A stretch of DNA of 64,000 bases. Source: an uncultured delta proteobacterium (GTDB lineage: Bacteria > Desulfobacterota > Binatia > UBA9968). The first letter of the stretch is position 1, and every line of letters begins with the position of its first letter. The translations under genes and the position numbers were made by a program. The notes under the pieces are model-generated. The model ran no database searches and was not told the DNA's origin. It saw only the letters and a program-made list of their open reading frames with translations. Positions 20,699 through 30,847 of the stretch are shown piece after piece. The stretch covers positions 1,216,001-1,280,000 of the forward strand of contig CAVUVW010000013.1 of assembly GCA_963745035.1 (NCBI GenBank). The letters run 5' to 3'.

Positions 20699-21652
20699 AT
20701 GCGCGCTGAAAATCTCACTGTTGCAAATCACTCGACGCCATTTAGACACCGGCGCCTTGGCCGCCCAACGGTCATGACCGGTAACGAACGGCGCCGGATC
20801 AATCCCAATCGCGGGCTGATCAAGCTCTGCGAGCGCTACACGGACATCCTGGTTTCGCGCTTCGTCTACCCGCTGATCGGCCATCTTTGGAGTCCATACA
20901 GTTGGCTGCTTGAAAAACGCTTTACCCTCACGGAGGCGAAACTTTCGCCTGCCGGCTGGCCGCGCGGGCTCGCGCCGCTGCGACTGCTGCTCATCACGGA
21001 TATCCATGCTGGAATCTTTCTACAGCCGAAAACGCTCGGCTGGATCATCGCCGGCCTGATGCACACGAAACCCGATCTGGTCGCCATCGCCGGCGACATG
21101 GTCACCGGTCACGTCAGCGAGGCGAATCCCTATCTCGATGCGTTGGGGGAGCTTACCGCCGCGCCGCTCGGCGCCTGGTTCTGTTTCGGTAACCACGATT
21201 ATTTCGGCGGCGATCCGGAAGAGCTGCGCAAAAATTTGGCGGCGATCGGCATCAAGACACTGAAAAATGAGAGCGCGCGTCTCAGTCATCGCGGCGGTTC
21301 CTTCATTCTCGGTGGGATTGATGACTTACTTTTCGGCAAGCCCGACTGGCAACGCCTCGAAGCGACGCACGGCACGCCGCATTTGTTATTGGCTCACAAT
21401 CCGGATCATTTTTACGACGCCGTCGCGCGCAGCGTGCCGCTCATGCTCTCCGGCCACACCCACGGCGGCCAAATACGCCTCCGCAATGGTCCGCCGGTCA
21501 TTCGCCAAAGCCGATATTGCCTGGATGAGGGGAGCTACGCGAGCGGCGCATCGACTTTGGTAGTCTCGCGCGGTCTCGGCAGCGTTGCTTTGCCATTTCG
21601 CTGGGGCGCCGACCCGGAAGCAGTGCTCATCGAAATTGTTCCATCGTTGTGA
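20699..21652 (+). CDS. Metallophosphoesterase (YkuE-like)
   Basis: TDIH, GDMV, GNHD, LLAHNPD, LSGHTHGGQ and VSRGLG motifs. Confidence 0.9.
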   Translation: MRAENLTVANHSTPFRHRRLGRPTVMTGNERRRINPNRGLIKLCERYTDILVSRFVYPLIGHLWSPYSWLLEKRFTLTEAKLSPAGWPRGLAPLRLLLITDIHAGIFLQPKTLGWIIAGLMHTKPDLVAIAGDMVTGHVSEANPYLDALGELTAAPLGAWFCFGNHDYFGGDPEELRKNLAAIGIKTLKNESARLSHRGGSFILGGIDDLLFGKPDWQRLEATHGTPHLLLAHNPDHFYDAVARSVPLMLSGHTHGGQIRLRNGPPVIRQSRYCLDEGSYASGASTLVVSRGLGSVALPFRWGADPEAVLIEIVPSL

Positions 21653-21724
21653 ATGGAAGCGCACGCTGGCGATAAGAGCTACCGCGAGAGTAAGTAGCGA
21701 TCTTCGATCCTCCATCCTCGATCC

Positions 21725-22150
21725 TCAGCGGTAGTCTGCGCCCCGGACTTTCAGGAATACTCGCGGAACATTCGGTAAAAATGTGCTGAACCGGAAAAGG
21801 TTCTTCTCATCGTCGATGCCAATCACGATCACCGGTTTGTAGGCTTCGATTTGCTTGCGCTGCCAAACCTGCCGCTCGCCGCGAACATTGGTCAAGATAA
21901 TATAGGCGCCTTCGCCCACCTGCTCGCGTGGCAGCGCGTTCAATAACGCGAAGAAGTCGATCGCGTGAAACTGCTTCAACGGCCACTCCTGCAATTCTTC
22001 TTTGCGATCGCGATAGATAAAGGCCAGCGTCTTCTTGAAACGCCCATCGACCGGATAGGCGCGAACCAATTTTTCGTACTTCCAAAGCGGCCGCGTCGAG
22101 TACGGCGGTTCGGCCCAGCGAACCTTGGCCTCGATCAGCGCCGCAAGCGG
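21725..22150 (-). pseudogene. Probable detached C-terminal domain of the upstream hydrolase, beyond an in-frame TAA
   Basis: The frame continues uninterrupted after TAA 22151-22153 (PLAALIEAKVRWAEPPYSTRPLWKYEKLVRAYPVD...) into ORF 21725-22069. Confidence 0.55.
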
Positions 22151-23038
22151 TTACGGGAGCGCTTTGACGCCCATAAATCCGAGTATCGTCCTGCGCACCG
22201 CGTTGTTCTCGTCATCGAGCTTGACGAGGCTGAAATGATCCGCGCCCTTGAACATGTGCTGATGAATTTCTTTCGCGCCCGCGGAACGAAGAGCATCGGC
22301 AAACCGCCGCGCGTCGAGGGCAAAGCCTGGAAAATCCGCGAAGGCGGTCATGATCAAGAACCGCGGCGCGCCGGCGCGCGCATGATGAATCGGAGAGGCG
22401 CGCTTCAATAGTGTGCGCTCATTGCCGAAGGTTTTCTCCGTGGCCAGTTTCTGATTATTGCTGACGCTCCACGTCGGCGCCAAGTCGTAGAGACCGCTGA
22501 ATGAGATCACGCCGGCAAGGGCATCGGCAGAAACCCCTTGCTTTGCAAGATAGCTCTTGTCGAGAGCCACCAAGGATGCCAGATGCCCGCCGGCCGAATG
22601 ACCGGAAAGATAAACCCGCTTGGCGTCGAAGCCATATTTGTCCGCGTCTCTTAGCAGACGCGCCACTGCCGCCGCGACATCCTGCGCCTGCGCGGGATGG
22701 GGGTGCGCGGGAGCCAATCGGTAGCGCACCAACGCCACGGCGACTCCATCATTGACCAAGTTTTCAGCCAGCGATGGTCCGATGCGATAGTCATCGTCCG
22801 GCAAAAGCCAGAAACCGCCGTGCACGAAGATCAAAAGCGGCGGTTTGGCATTGGTTTTACCCGGCAGATAGAGATCGAAGCTCTGCCGCACGTCGCCGCC
22901 GTCGTTATAAGGAACATTTTTGATCACGACCGGCGCCGGAGTTTTTGCGGGAAGAGACGCCCGCGGCGAGGGCTGCGCGGCGACCCATTGAGCTAAACAT
23001 AAAACGGCAAACCCTACACAGAATATCCGGATACTCAT
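22151..23038 (-). CDS. Secreted alpha/beta hydrolase (HSL/BD-FAE-like esterase)
   Basis: Signal peptide; FVHGGFW, YRLAP, GHSAGGHL and ADHF motifs. Confidence 0.85.
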   Translation of the reverse strand: MSIRIFCVGFAVLCLAQWVAAQPSPRASLPAKTPAPVVIKNVPYNDGGDVRQSFDLYLPGKTNAKPPLLIFVHGGFWLLPDDDYRIGPSLAENLVNDGVAVALVRYRLAPAHPHPAQAQDVAAAVARLLRDADKYGFDAKRVYLSGHSAGGHLASLVALDKSYLAKQGVSADALAGVISFSGLYDLAPTWSVSNNQKLATEKTFGNERTLLKRASPIHHARAGAPRFLIMTAFADFPGFALDARRFADALRSAGAKEIHQHMFKGADHFSLVKLDDENNAVRRTILGFMGVKALP

Positions 23039-23110
23039 GAAAGCAGCAGGTAAAATTTCGAAGAGATTCGCTAAGCGACTCGATGCTTCGAGCGAAATGT
23101 AAACAATAAA

Positions 23111-23137
23111 AGATTTCTCTCTTCGTTCGAAATGACA
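23111..23137. repeat. Half copy of the TGTCATTTCG...AGAAATCT REP-like family
   Basis: AGATTTCTCTCTTCGTTCGAAATGACA matches the right arms at 25878-25904 and 59980-60006. Confidence 0.6.
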
Positions 23138-23216
23138 ACAGGGTTCCATTGCGTCTCTGCGGGAGATACTCCGAGATTCGGCCGCACATGATTGCTCGAC
23201 GCCAATCGGAGTTTCA

Positions 23217-24176
23217 TCACGCCGCGCATTTGTCCCGCCACTCTTTCAACAAGCGATCGCGTTCGCCGGCCTCCAGATGGTTCAGCGCCTGTGCGACGAT
23301 ATCGAGGCCGACCATCTCGCTCCACGCCTGGATCAGGCGCTTGGTCACCGGTCCCGGCACCTCCCTGGTCGGGCGCACGCCGTTGATGCTCTGCACCGGC
23401 AGGATCGTCGGGCTGGTGCTCGCGAGAAAAGCCTCCTCGGCATTGTAGGCATCATAGGGCGTAAAGTTGCCGTCCATCACTTCGATCTTCAGCTTCGCCG
23501 CCAACTCGAACAACGCGTCTTTGGTGATGCCGTCCAGCACGTTCTTGTTGGAAGGCGTGCACAGCCTGCCGTTCAAGACCAGAAAGAAATTGTGCGCGTT
23601 GGACTCGCTGATGTTGCCGTCGAGGTCGAGCATCAGCGGAATCGCGCGCGGATCGACCTGCTTGGCTTCGAAGATCGCCATGTTGTGATTCATCTTGTTG
23701 TTGATCTTGGCTTTGGGCTCCAGACACTGCGGTGGGATGCGCCGGGTGGACGGAACGACCAGCTTGACGCCGTCGATGTAATCGCGTGCGAACTCCTCGA
23801 AACCGATCGTGATGCAATAAATCGCCACGGTCGCTTGGCCCTGGGTTCGATTTCCTCGCGACGAGCGCAGACCTCGGCTGACGACCTGCCACAAAGCAAC
23901 TTCCTCGTTCTTTTCGAGCATCGGCCGATTGCGCTCGAGCACTTCCAAGGTAACTTTTTCCACTTCAGCCGGCGAAAGACCGCAATCGATGCGCGTATAG
24001 CGGAGCGATCGGAACAGCCGCGCGGTGTGATCGCGCAATCGAAATGGCTTGTGGGCGAAAGTTCGCGTCACATCGTAAACGCCGTCGCCGGCGTTGAAAC
24101 CCGAGTCGAGCACGGAAACTTTCGCTTCACTCTCCGGCACAAACGAGCCGCTCAGATAGATGATCTTTTCAGCCAT
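23217..24176 (-). CDS. PLP-dependent aminotransferase class IV (BCAT/DAAT/ADC lyase-like)
   Basis: AKVSVLDSGFNAGDGVYD, HTARLFRSL, PKAK, ISESNAHNFF, LDGITK, AEEAFLAST and PGPVT motifs. Confidence 0.9.
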   Translation of the reverse strand: MAEKIIYLSGSFVPESEAKVSVLDSGFNAGDGVYDVTRTFAHKPFRLRDHTARLFRSLRYTRIDCGLSPAEVEKVTLEVLERNRPMLEKNEEVALWQVVSRGLRSSRGNRTQGQATVAIYCITIGFEEFARDYIDGVKLVVPSTRRIPPQCLEPKAKINNKMNHNMAIFEAKQVDPRAIPLMLDLDGNISESNAHNFFLVLNGRLCTPSNKNVLDGITKDALFELAAKLKIEVMDGNFTPYDAYNAEEAFLASTSPTILPVQSINGVRPTREVPGPVTKRLIQAWSEMVGLDIVAQALNHLEAGERDRLLKEWRDKCAA

Positions 24177-24203
24177 GATTCGCTCCTGCGTGACCCAAGT
24201 CTC

Positions 24204-25679
24204 TCAATGTTTATGAGGGACGGCGGCGCCTGTCAACGCGATATTCTTCGTCGCGCCGCCGAGCGCCGACGTCATCAGTGCGATGACGCTGAAAACTATC
24301 GCCGAAAGAAAAGTGATATTGAGTGCAGCCACGAAGCCCATCGGATTCTCGGTCGTCAGATTCGCCGCGGGCTGGCCAGTATAATGCTCGAACGCAAGCG
24401 ACATGCTCAATCCGCCCAGCGCCACGCCCAAGACATTAGCGAATCCGAAGGTGACGTGGTTTACGGCCGAGGCGAAGCCGCGATGCTCTCTGGGCATCAT
24501 GCTGATCATCGCGGTCGAATTGGCGGGGTTGAATATGCCGTTGGTGATGGCGCCGACAACGATCAAGAGAGCCGGCAGGATCCAGTGCGAATCGGTGCGC
24601 AGGAGCCCGCCGATCGCCAGCGAGACGATCATGAACAGCACGCCGCAACTCGCCGGCACCCGGGGCCCGAGCCGATCGGTCAAGTAACCGCTGAGCGGCG
24701 CCAGTGCCACGGTGAGAATCGACGGCGCCATGAACAGCATGCCGACTTGAGTCGCCGAGAGATGCAGCACATCCTGGAGATAAAACGGCAAGAGAAATCC
24801 CGTGAGCGAATAGCACATTCCGATCACCAGTAGACTGATGACGCTGAAGCTGAAGCGCCGGATCTTGAAAAGTTCCAAGTTGACGAAGGGATTTTTCGTT
24901 CGGGCCTCGTGCAGAAGAAATCCGGCTAGGCTGCCGACCAGGATGATCACCAGAAAAGTCTGCACCGAATCGCCGACCACTTGATGCGTGCGCCTGTCGA
25001 ATAGAAACACCAAGGTGGTCGTGATCGCAAATAGCAGCGCCGCGCCGAGATAGTCAATCGAAATAGGCGCATGCTTCATTGCATCGCGGCGGCGCTTCAG
25101 ATTGGCGAACGCAAGCACCGCGCCTACAAAGCCTACCGGCGCGAGCAGAAAAAAACTCCAGCGCCAGCTGAAGTAATCGATCATCAAGCCGCCGATGCTC
25201 GGCCCAAGGATGAATCCCACATGGTGCGCCGTGGTCATGTAGCCCTGCGCCCGTCCGGCGAGGTCTTCCGTCACCGACTCCGACGCCAGCGCCCGGCTCG
25301 ACGACTGCAGCATCGCGCCACCGACGCCCTGAACGAAACGAGCGAGGATGAGTTGGAGCACTGTCTGGGAAAAGCCGCACATCAGCGAACTGGCGGCAAA
25401 GACGAGAAACCCCAGCGCGAACATCTTCTCCCTGCCCCAAAGATCCGAGATCCGCCCGAAGATCATCGACAAGCCGATATTGGAAAGCTGGTATGAAAGC
25501 AGCGCCCAGGAAACACCGAGCAGATCCGTGCCCAAGCTCTGCGCCACCGTCGGCATCGAGATGCTGACGATGCGCGTCGCCGTGCCGGAAAAAAAAGTCC
25601 CGAGAAGCGCGGTTGCGAGCAGCAGATAATTGACGCGAGAATCCACGACGTTGTAGCGTTTCTTCGATGGAATTCTCAA
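24204..25679 (-). CDS. MFS transporter (DHA2-like)
   Basis: GRISDLWGRE, ARFVQGVGGA and GPSIGG motifs; many TM segments. Confidence 0.88.
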   Translation of the reverse strand: MRIPSKKRYNVVDSRVNYLLLATALLGTFFSGTATRIVSISMPTVAQSLGTDLLGVSWALLSYQLSNIGLSMIFGRISDLWGREKMFALGFLVFAASSLMCGFSQTVLQLILARFVQGVGGAMLQSSSRALASESVTEDLAGRAQGYMTTAHHVGFILGPSIGGLMIDYFSWRWSFFLLAPVGFVGAVLAFANLKRRRDAMKHAPISIDYLGAALLFAITTTLVFLFDRRTHQVVGDSVQTFLVIILVGSLAGFLLHEARTKNPFVNLELFKIRRFSFSVISLLVIGMCYSLTGFLLPFYLQDVLHLSATQVGMLFMAPSILTVALAPLSGYLTDRLGPRVPASCGVLFMIVSLAIGGLLRTDSHWILPALLIVVGAITNGIFNPANSTAMISMMPREHRGFASAVNHVTFGFANVLGVALGGLSMSLAFEHYTGQPAANLTTENPMGFVAALNITFLSAIVFSVIALMTSALGGATKNIALTGAAVPHKH

Positions 25680-25806
25680 TTATTAGCGGAGAACAGTTCA
25701 CGCGGCAAATGCTGAAGAGGAAATCAATTGGTGCACGGAGCCAGGTGCCAGGGAGGTTCGAGATAGATCAGATAAAAATAATTGCACCGTTCGCCACGGG
25801 TTGATT

Positions 25807-25904
25807 TGTCATTTCGAGCGCGAAGCGAGAAATCTTTCGCAGATAGTTTGTGACAATCTGGAGCCCCCATAGGAGAAAGATTTCTCCCTTTGGTCGAAAT
25901 GACA
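25807..25904. repeat. REP-like palindrome TGTCATTTCG...CGAAATGACA
   Basis: TGTCATTTCGAGCGCGAAGCGAGAAATCTTTC...GAAAGATTTCTCCCTTTGGTCGAAATGACA; near-identical arms at 59917-60006. Confidence 0.8.
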
Positions 25905-25954
25905 GAAAAAGAAAACAAAATTCCTTACATGCGCTAACCTGGAAGTTCTTCGAT

Positions 25955-25997
25955 TCGAACGGCTTGAACGATTTGAACGTATTGAACGGCTTGAACT
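25955..25997. repeat. Tandem 9-mer repeat (TTGAACGNN, about 5 units)
   Basis: TCGAACGGC TTGAACGAT TTGAACGTA TTGAACGGC TTGAAC; a shorter copy at about 7388-7406. Confidence 0.7.
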
Positions 25998-26011
25998 TTG
26001 GGTTTTCTTTT

Positions 26012-26758
26012 CTACCGCCCGCCGGAAACGTCGAGGATTGCGCCAGTGGAATAGGAAGCCTCGTCCGATAAGAGCCACATGATCGCACGCGCAATTTCGT
26101 CGGCTTGGCCGCCACGCTTCATGGGAACGTAATGTTTGACTCGCTCCACGCGGTTGGGTTCGCCGCCGCTCGCGTGAATGTCGGTGTACACGACGCCGGG
26201 TCGCACGGCGTTGACGCGAATTCCCTCGGTGGCGACTTCCTTCGCCAAGCCGATCGTGAAGGTATCGATCGCCGCTTTCGCGGCGGCATAGTCGACGTAC
26301 TCTTCCGGCGAGCCGAGCTTCGCCGCCACTGAGGAAACGTTGACAATGGCGCCGCCGCTGCCGCCATGCCTGGTGGACATGCGGCGAATCGCCTCGCGCG
26401 CGCACAAGAAGCTCCCGGTAACGTTGACGGCGAACACGCGGTTCAAGCGCGCCGCATCCATATTTTCAACTCGCGTTTGCTGGTTGACGATACCAACATT
26501 GTTCACCAATGCGGTGACCGGCCCGAGCGAGTCGTCCACGGTCTTGAACAGCCGGATAACGTCGGCCTCGACACTCACGTCGGCGCGAACAGCCACGGCG
26601 GTTCCGCCGGCGCTCACGACGTCTCGTACAACCGAATTCGCCGCGTCCTCGTTGCGCAAGTAGTTGACGCACACGGCATAGCCGGCGTTTGCCGCAAGAC
26701 GAGCCGTCGCTGCGCCGATTCCTCGGCTACCACCGGTGATAATGACAATGTTTTTCAT
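26012..26758 (-). CDS. SDR family oxidoreductase (glucose 1-dehydrogenase-like)
   Basis: TGGSRGIG, LVNNVG, NVSS, YAAAK and IRVNAVRPG motifs. Confidence 0.92.
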   Translation of the reverse strand: MKNIVIITGGSRGIGAATARLAANAGYAVCVNYLRNEDAANSVVRDVVSAGGTAVAVRADVSVEADVIRLFKTVDDSLGPVTALVNNVGIVNQQTRVENMDAARLNRVFAVNVTGSFLCAREAIRRMSTRHGGSGGAIVNVSSVAAKLGSPEEYVDYAAAKAAIDTFTIGLAKEVATEGIRVNAVRPGVVYTDIHASGGEPNRVERVKHYVPMKRGGQADEIARAIMWLLSDEASYSTGAILDVSGGR

Positions 26759-26893
26759 AGTTGAGTGACTTTGACTTCCAACACGATTTTGATGGTCGAT
26801 TAACTATTCGGTGATAAACCACAGGATCAGAATTCGATGTCCAGTTTTCTTCAAAGCGAATTACCAGAATATTTTATCGGATCACAGTTCGCC

Positions 26894-26925
26894 TGGATTC
26901 CCGCTAAAAGCATGCGGAAATGACG
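26894..26925. repeat. REP-like arm (CTGGATTCCCGC...AATGAC family)
   Basis: CTGGATTCCCGCTAAAAGCATGCGGAAATGACG downstream of the hydrolase stop. Confidence 0.45.
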
Positions 26926-26945
26926 ATAAAAGGCCATGGCCCGCA

Positions 26946-27926
26946 TTAACGAAGCTCCTCGAGGAACTTCGCGATGTCGCGGCTCCAGTCCTCGCGCCGT
27001 GCTTCGACGATGGGCATGTGCGGAACACCGTCGTAAGCGATGAATCGAGCATGGGCGCCCATCGCCAAGGCGATGCTGCGCGCCTCTTGGACGGTCGTGC
27101 GCTCATCCTTTTCGCCATGCAATATCAGCGCGGGTTGCTTTACTGCGCGCGCATAGTCCACCGGATTGTGCGCGAACGCATCGAAACCATTCTGAACGCC
27201 TCCCCAGAAGAGCAGCAACTCGGCGAATGGCGACGCCGGGAAGTCCCATGGCCCGAAAGCGATTTTTGCCGGTATTGAGAAGACTGTCGAAAGTCGCCTC
27301 GATGATAAGGCCATCAGCCTTGACGCCATGCGCCGCAATTGCGCGCAGCACTGCCGCGCCGCCCATGGAAATGCCGTAGAGAACAATTTTCCGCTCCGGC
27401 CACGTCCGTCGCATGTATTCCACCGTCGCGACAACATCGCGAGATTCTTTTACGCCAATCGTCGTTCCCGATCCCGAAGAACCGCCCGAGCCGTAGAAAT
27501 CCACGAGCAACATCGCATATCCAAGCTGATGAAATGCGCGAGCCGTGTTCAACAAAGTCGATTTGCTCGCCGCATAGCCATGAAAAAGCGCACGATCAAC
27601 GGCATCGCGTCCTTTCCCGGTATATACCACGCCTCCAAGGGCGAGGCGTTTGAACTCGAGAAGCGATGCGTCTCGAACGAAAGATCTAGATCGCCGGTGT
27701 GCGCCCGGTCTGTGGCCGCGGAATATTCACGCCCGAGAAAAACACGGTGACTTTATCGAAAAGACTTAAGCGTTCCGGGCGCCGCCGTGCGCTCGCCGCG
27801 CTCGGCAAAATGCGTCATCGCCCAAACCTGCATGAAAGCGGCTCCGTTCGCGCCGACTAAAGCGCCGAGCATCACAGCAGAAAAAAGTTTGACCAAACGG
27901 CGAAAGGAAGGCTCCGCAAGACGCAT
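26946..27926 (-). pseudogene. Alpha/beta hydrolase broken by several frameshifts (pseudogene or sequencing errors)
   Basis: Fragments in different frames: N-terminal TM segment, FHGY, VDFYGSGGS, YGISMGG, ILHGEKD and GVPH. Confidence 0.65.
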
Positions 27927-27958
27927 TTTGCAGTCACTCGCCCTAACTTGCCATGTCA

Positions 27959-29455
27959 TCACGGAACAGACTTCAATTGTGCAAATACCGTATCCAGTCG
28001 CTTGGACGCACCGTCCAACTTTTGGCGCGTGCTTTCCAACCATTCCCGATCGGTTTTTAACCCTGCTCGCTGGGCCGCGAGCATGCGTGCGACTTCCGCT
28101 GGCTGCGGGCCGCCGACCACGCGCGCCGATTGAACCATATTCTCGGCCGTCAGCGATTTTCGAAACTGCGCCTCGCTCAACGGCAGCTGCGCGTTGGTCA
28201 TTTTGAAAGACTTCGCCGCGTCGATGTAAATTCGTTTTGCCTGATCGTAAGGAATATCGACCGGCCGGAGATTATTCCCGCGCCCAAAATTGACCAGTTC
28301 CGACGCAAAGTGATGGCCGACGCGAAATGGCACGTCGGCGTCGCGCTGCAATACGTCCGCAAGTTCGGTCGTCGTCGAATAGTCAGCATTGACCTCATCC
28401 AGCGCGCGCTTGGCGTTGAAATTGAGCTGCTTCGCGACCGCCGTGAGATTGTTCAACATGCGCGCCATCCGATCGAGCCCTTCCACTGGCTCCCTGCCTT
28501 TATAGTCACCGAGTCCGTGCGGCACGTTATGCGCTTTGAAAAGATAAGTTGTGCTGATCCCCAAAACCTCGCTCGCCGCGACGCGGATATTGTGCAGCGC
28601 GTTGGGATTGCGCTTTTGCGGCATGATACTGCTGGTGCCGGTCAGTTCGCCTTCTTCGAGTGTCAGCCACGGCGTGGTCATGCGGTATTGCGCTTCAAGA
28701 TCGGAAATGAAGGTTCCGACCGTCAGCGCCGCCGCGCTCGCAACGCTCACGAGCTCGACGCCGGTGTCGATCGGTGAAATCTGATTCGCATCGAGGGAAT
28801 TTTCCACGATTCCGTCAAAACCCAGCAATTCGGCAAGCCGGGCGCGATTGACGGGGAAACTCGAAGTTCCCAACGCCGCGGAGCCAAGCGGCGATTTATT
28901 GACGTTAGCGTAGGCGCGGCGCAGCCGCTCGGCGTTGCGCTCAAGCGCCTCCACGTAGGCGAGAATGTAGTGACCAAAGGAAATGGGCTGCGCCTGCACG
29001 CCGACGGTGTATGCGGGCACGATCGCGTCAGGATATTTCGCCGCAAAATCCAGCAGCGTCGCTCGCGCGTTGTTGAGCGCCGCCAACGTGGTTAAGACTT
29101 GCGCGCGCTGAAATAATCGGTTGCGAGTCGCGCCGATATCCTGCCGGCTGCGCCCGGAATGCATCCGTGTCACGTCCGCCCCGCCCGCCGCGATTAGGAA
29201 TTTTTCCAACTCGAGGTAATCGCCCGGCCGCTTCGCGCCGGCTTTCTCCCCATCAGCGATCACTTGAGACACCGATTCCGCAATCACCTTGCCCAGCGTT
29301 TTCGGCACGATGCCCTGCTCCACCACCATCACCGACGACGCTTTGTTCATCTCTCCCAAATAGTAAAACTCGTCGCGTCTTTCCTGCGCGTAGACGCGAG
29401 TTGTTATCAAAGCCAACCCTAAAGCTGACATCACAAAGATTCTACGGAGATTCAT
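27959..29455 (-). CDS. Argininosuccinate lyase-like protein (aspartase/fumarase superfamily) with N-terminal signal peptide
   Basis: HSGRSRQD, QAQPISFGH, SPLGSAALG and the signature TSSIMPQKRNP. N-terminus MNLRRIFVMSALGLALITTRVYA-Q. Confidence 0.85.
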   Translation of the reverse strand: MNLRRIFVMSALGLALITTRVYAQERRDEFYYLGEMNKASSVMVVEQGIVPKTLGKVIAESVSQVIADGEKAGAKRPGDYLELEKFLIAAGGADVTRMHSGRSRQDIGATRNRLFQRAQVLTTLAALNNARATLLDFAAKYPDAIVPAYTVGVQAQPISFGHYILAYVEALERNAERLRRAYANVNKSPLGSAALGTSSFPVNRARLAELLGFDGIVENSLDANQISPIDTGVELVSVASAAALTVGTFISDLEAQYRMTTPWLTLEEGELTGTSSIMPQKRNPNALHNIRVAASEVLGISTTYLFKAHNVPHGLGDYKGREPVEGLDRMARMLNNLTAVAKQLNFNAKRALDEVNADYSTTTELADVLQRDADVPFRVGHHFASELVNFGRGNNLRPVDIPYDQAKRIYIDAAKSFKMTNAQLPLSEAQFRKSLTAENMVQSARVVGGPQPAEVARMLAAQRAGLKTDREWLESTRQKLDGASKRLDTVFAQLKSVP

Positions 29456-29511
29456 CTGTTTTTCCTCCCAGTAAGGTTTTTCGTGAACGCGAGGACTATC
29501 TAGACCGAGAT

Positions 29512-30753
29512 CTACTGCAACGGCAACGTGAACAACTGCTGATCCGGTTGGATCAGATGTTCGTGACCCTTCTCCGTGACCGCGCAGGTATATTCGACTT
29601 GCACGGTGCCCCAGCCGGCTTCGTGATTGGAGGCTTCCAGGTTGACCGTCATACCGGGCTCCATCGGGATATTCGTCGTGTTCGGCAGGAACGGATCGTC
29701 GACTTCTTCGGCCGGACCGAGCAGAAACGGAAACTCTCGCGCTTCCAGGCCGATGGTGTGGCCGAGAAAGAAATTCGAATAGTTCGGCAAACCGTTAGCA
29801 CGCACACCCGCGATCATGGTTTCGTAAAGCTCTTGCGGCCGCACGCCGGGTTTGAGCGCGTCGACCGATTTGAGCACGCCGGCCTGAATGGCATCGTAGC
29901 GCTTGCGATGCTCGGCTGTCGGCTCCGCGCCGACGCAGCCGGATTTGCACACGTCCGCGTGGTAGCCGTTGATCGAGCAGCCCATGTCCACGCGGAAGAT
30001 GTCGCCCTTCTGTAGCACGTTGTCCTTGATTGCCGGGAAATTGCCACCGCGCGTAACCGCCATGTGCATCCAATACACTTGGCCACCCGCTTTGGCGATT
30101 TCGCCTTTGTAGATGCTCGCCAGCTCGTTTTCCGTCACTCTGGGTCTGCACGCTCGCAGCATCGTATGGATCGCCTGTTCGTTGATCTCCGCTGATTCTC
30201 TAAGGCGACGAATCTCTTCCGGAGTTTTGATCATGCGGACGTAGCGAAAAAACATCGAAGCCGGCAACAAAGTCGCGTGCGGCAGCCCCGCTCTAATTCT
30301 CTCGTAAATCGTAATCGGAATCGCGAAGTGGTCCATGCCGATGCGGCCATTGGCCATGCCCTTCTCTTCGATGAGCTGGGCCAGTGCCTTTTCCGGCGTC
30401 AGACCCTTGGATTCGCTCGCGGCAAGCTTCACGGTTCGCTGCTCGACAGCGGAGAGTTTTGCCATGTCGGCAATATGTGGATTCCGCGGCCGGCCGTAAA
30501 TGTACTTCTCTTCAACCCAGACGGCATCGAGCGACGCATAGCCGACGTCACCGCCGGGAATCAGCAAAGCCGGTTTCTGCTTTGGATCGCGCGGATAGAC
30601 GACGTAGACCTGCGAGCCGCCGTAGCGATAACCGTTCTGGCTCCACGACGCATGGCCGCTGAGATAGTAAATGTTCTCCGGCGTCGCCGCGACCACGCCC
30701 GCGAGATCGAATTTGTCCATCAAAGCATGAAGACGTTCTTTGTTGTAAAGCAT
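29512..30753 (-). CDS. M24 family Xaa-Pro peptidase-like protein
   Basis: ENIYYLSG and RMIKTPEEI; metal ligands retained (VDMG, HADV, GHTIG, NLEA, VEYT). Confidence 0.85.
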   Translation of the reverse strand: MLYNKERLHALMDKFDLAGVVAATPENIYYLSGHASWSQNGYRYGGSQVYVVYPRDPKQKPALLIPGGDVGYASLDAVWVEEKYIYGRPRNPHIADMAKLSAVEQRTVKLAASESKGLTPEKALAQLIEEKGMANGRIGMDHFAIPITIYERIRAGLPHATLLPASMFFRYVRMIKTPEEIRRLRESAEINEQAIHTMLRACRPRVTENELASIYKGEIAKAGGQVYWMHMAVTRGGNFPAIKDNVLQKGDIFRVDMGCSINGYHADVCKSGCVGAEPTAEHRKRYDAIQAGVLKSVDALKPGVRPQELYETMIAGVRANGLPNYSNFFLGHTIGLEAREFPFLLGPAEEVDDPFLPNTTNIPMEPGMTVNLEASNHEAGWGTVQVEYTCAVTEKGHEHLIQPDQQLFTLPLQ

Positions 30754-30779
30754 GTGAATGCTCCTCCAATGTCATTAGC

Positions 30780-30843
30780 TGGAGTGATGGAGTATTGGGT
30801 CGGAAATCACCACTCCATCATTCCATTACTCCATCACTCCAAT
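30780..30843. repeat. Inverted arrays of an 8-mer (CACTCCAT) repeat
   Basis: TGGAGTGATGGAGTATTGG...CCACTCCATCATTCCATTACTCCATCACTCCAA. Confidence 0.7.
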
Positions 30844-30847
30844 CTTC

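Noticed and set aside
18746-24833. Long antisense ORFs such as 18746-20389 and 23277-24833 (+)
   Set aside because: They are shadows of well-supported minus-strand genes, expected in GC-rich DNA, and show no motifs.
25955-25997. TTGAAC repeats as a CRISPR array
   Set aside because: The units are 9 bp with no unique spacers, and there are no cas genes.
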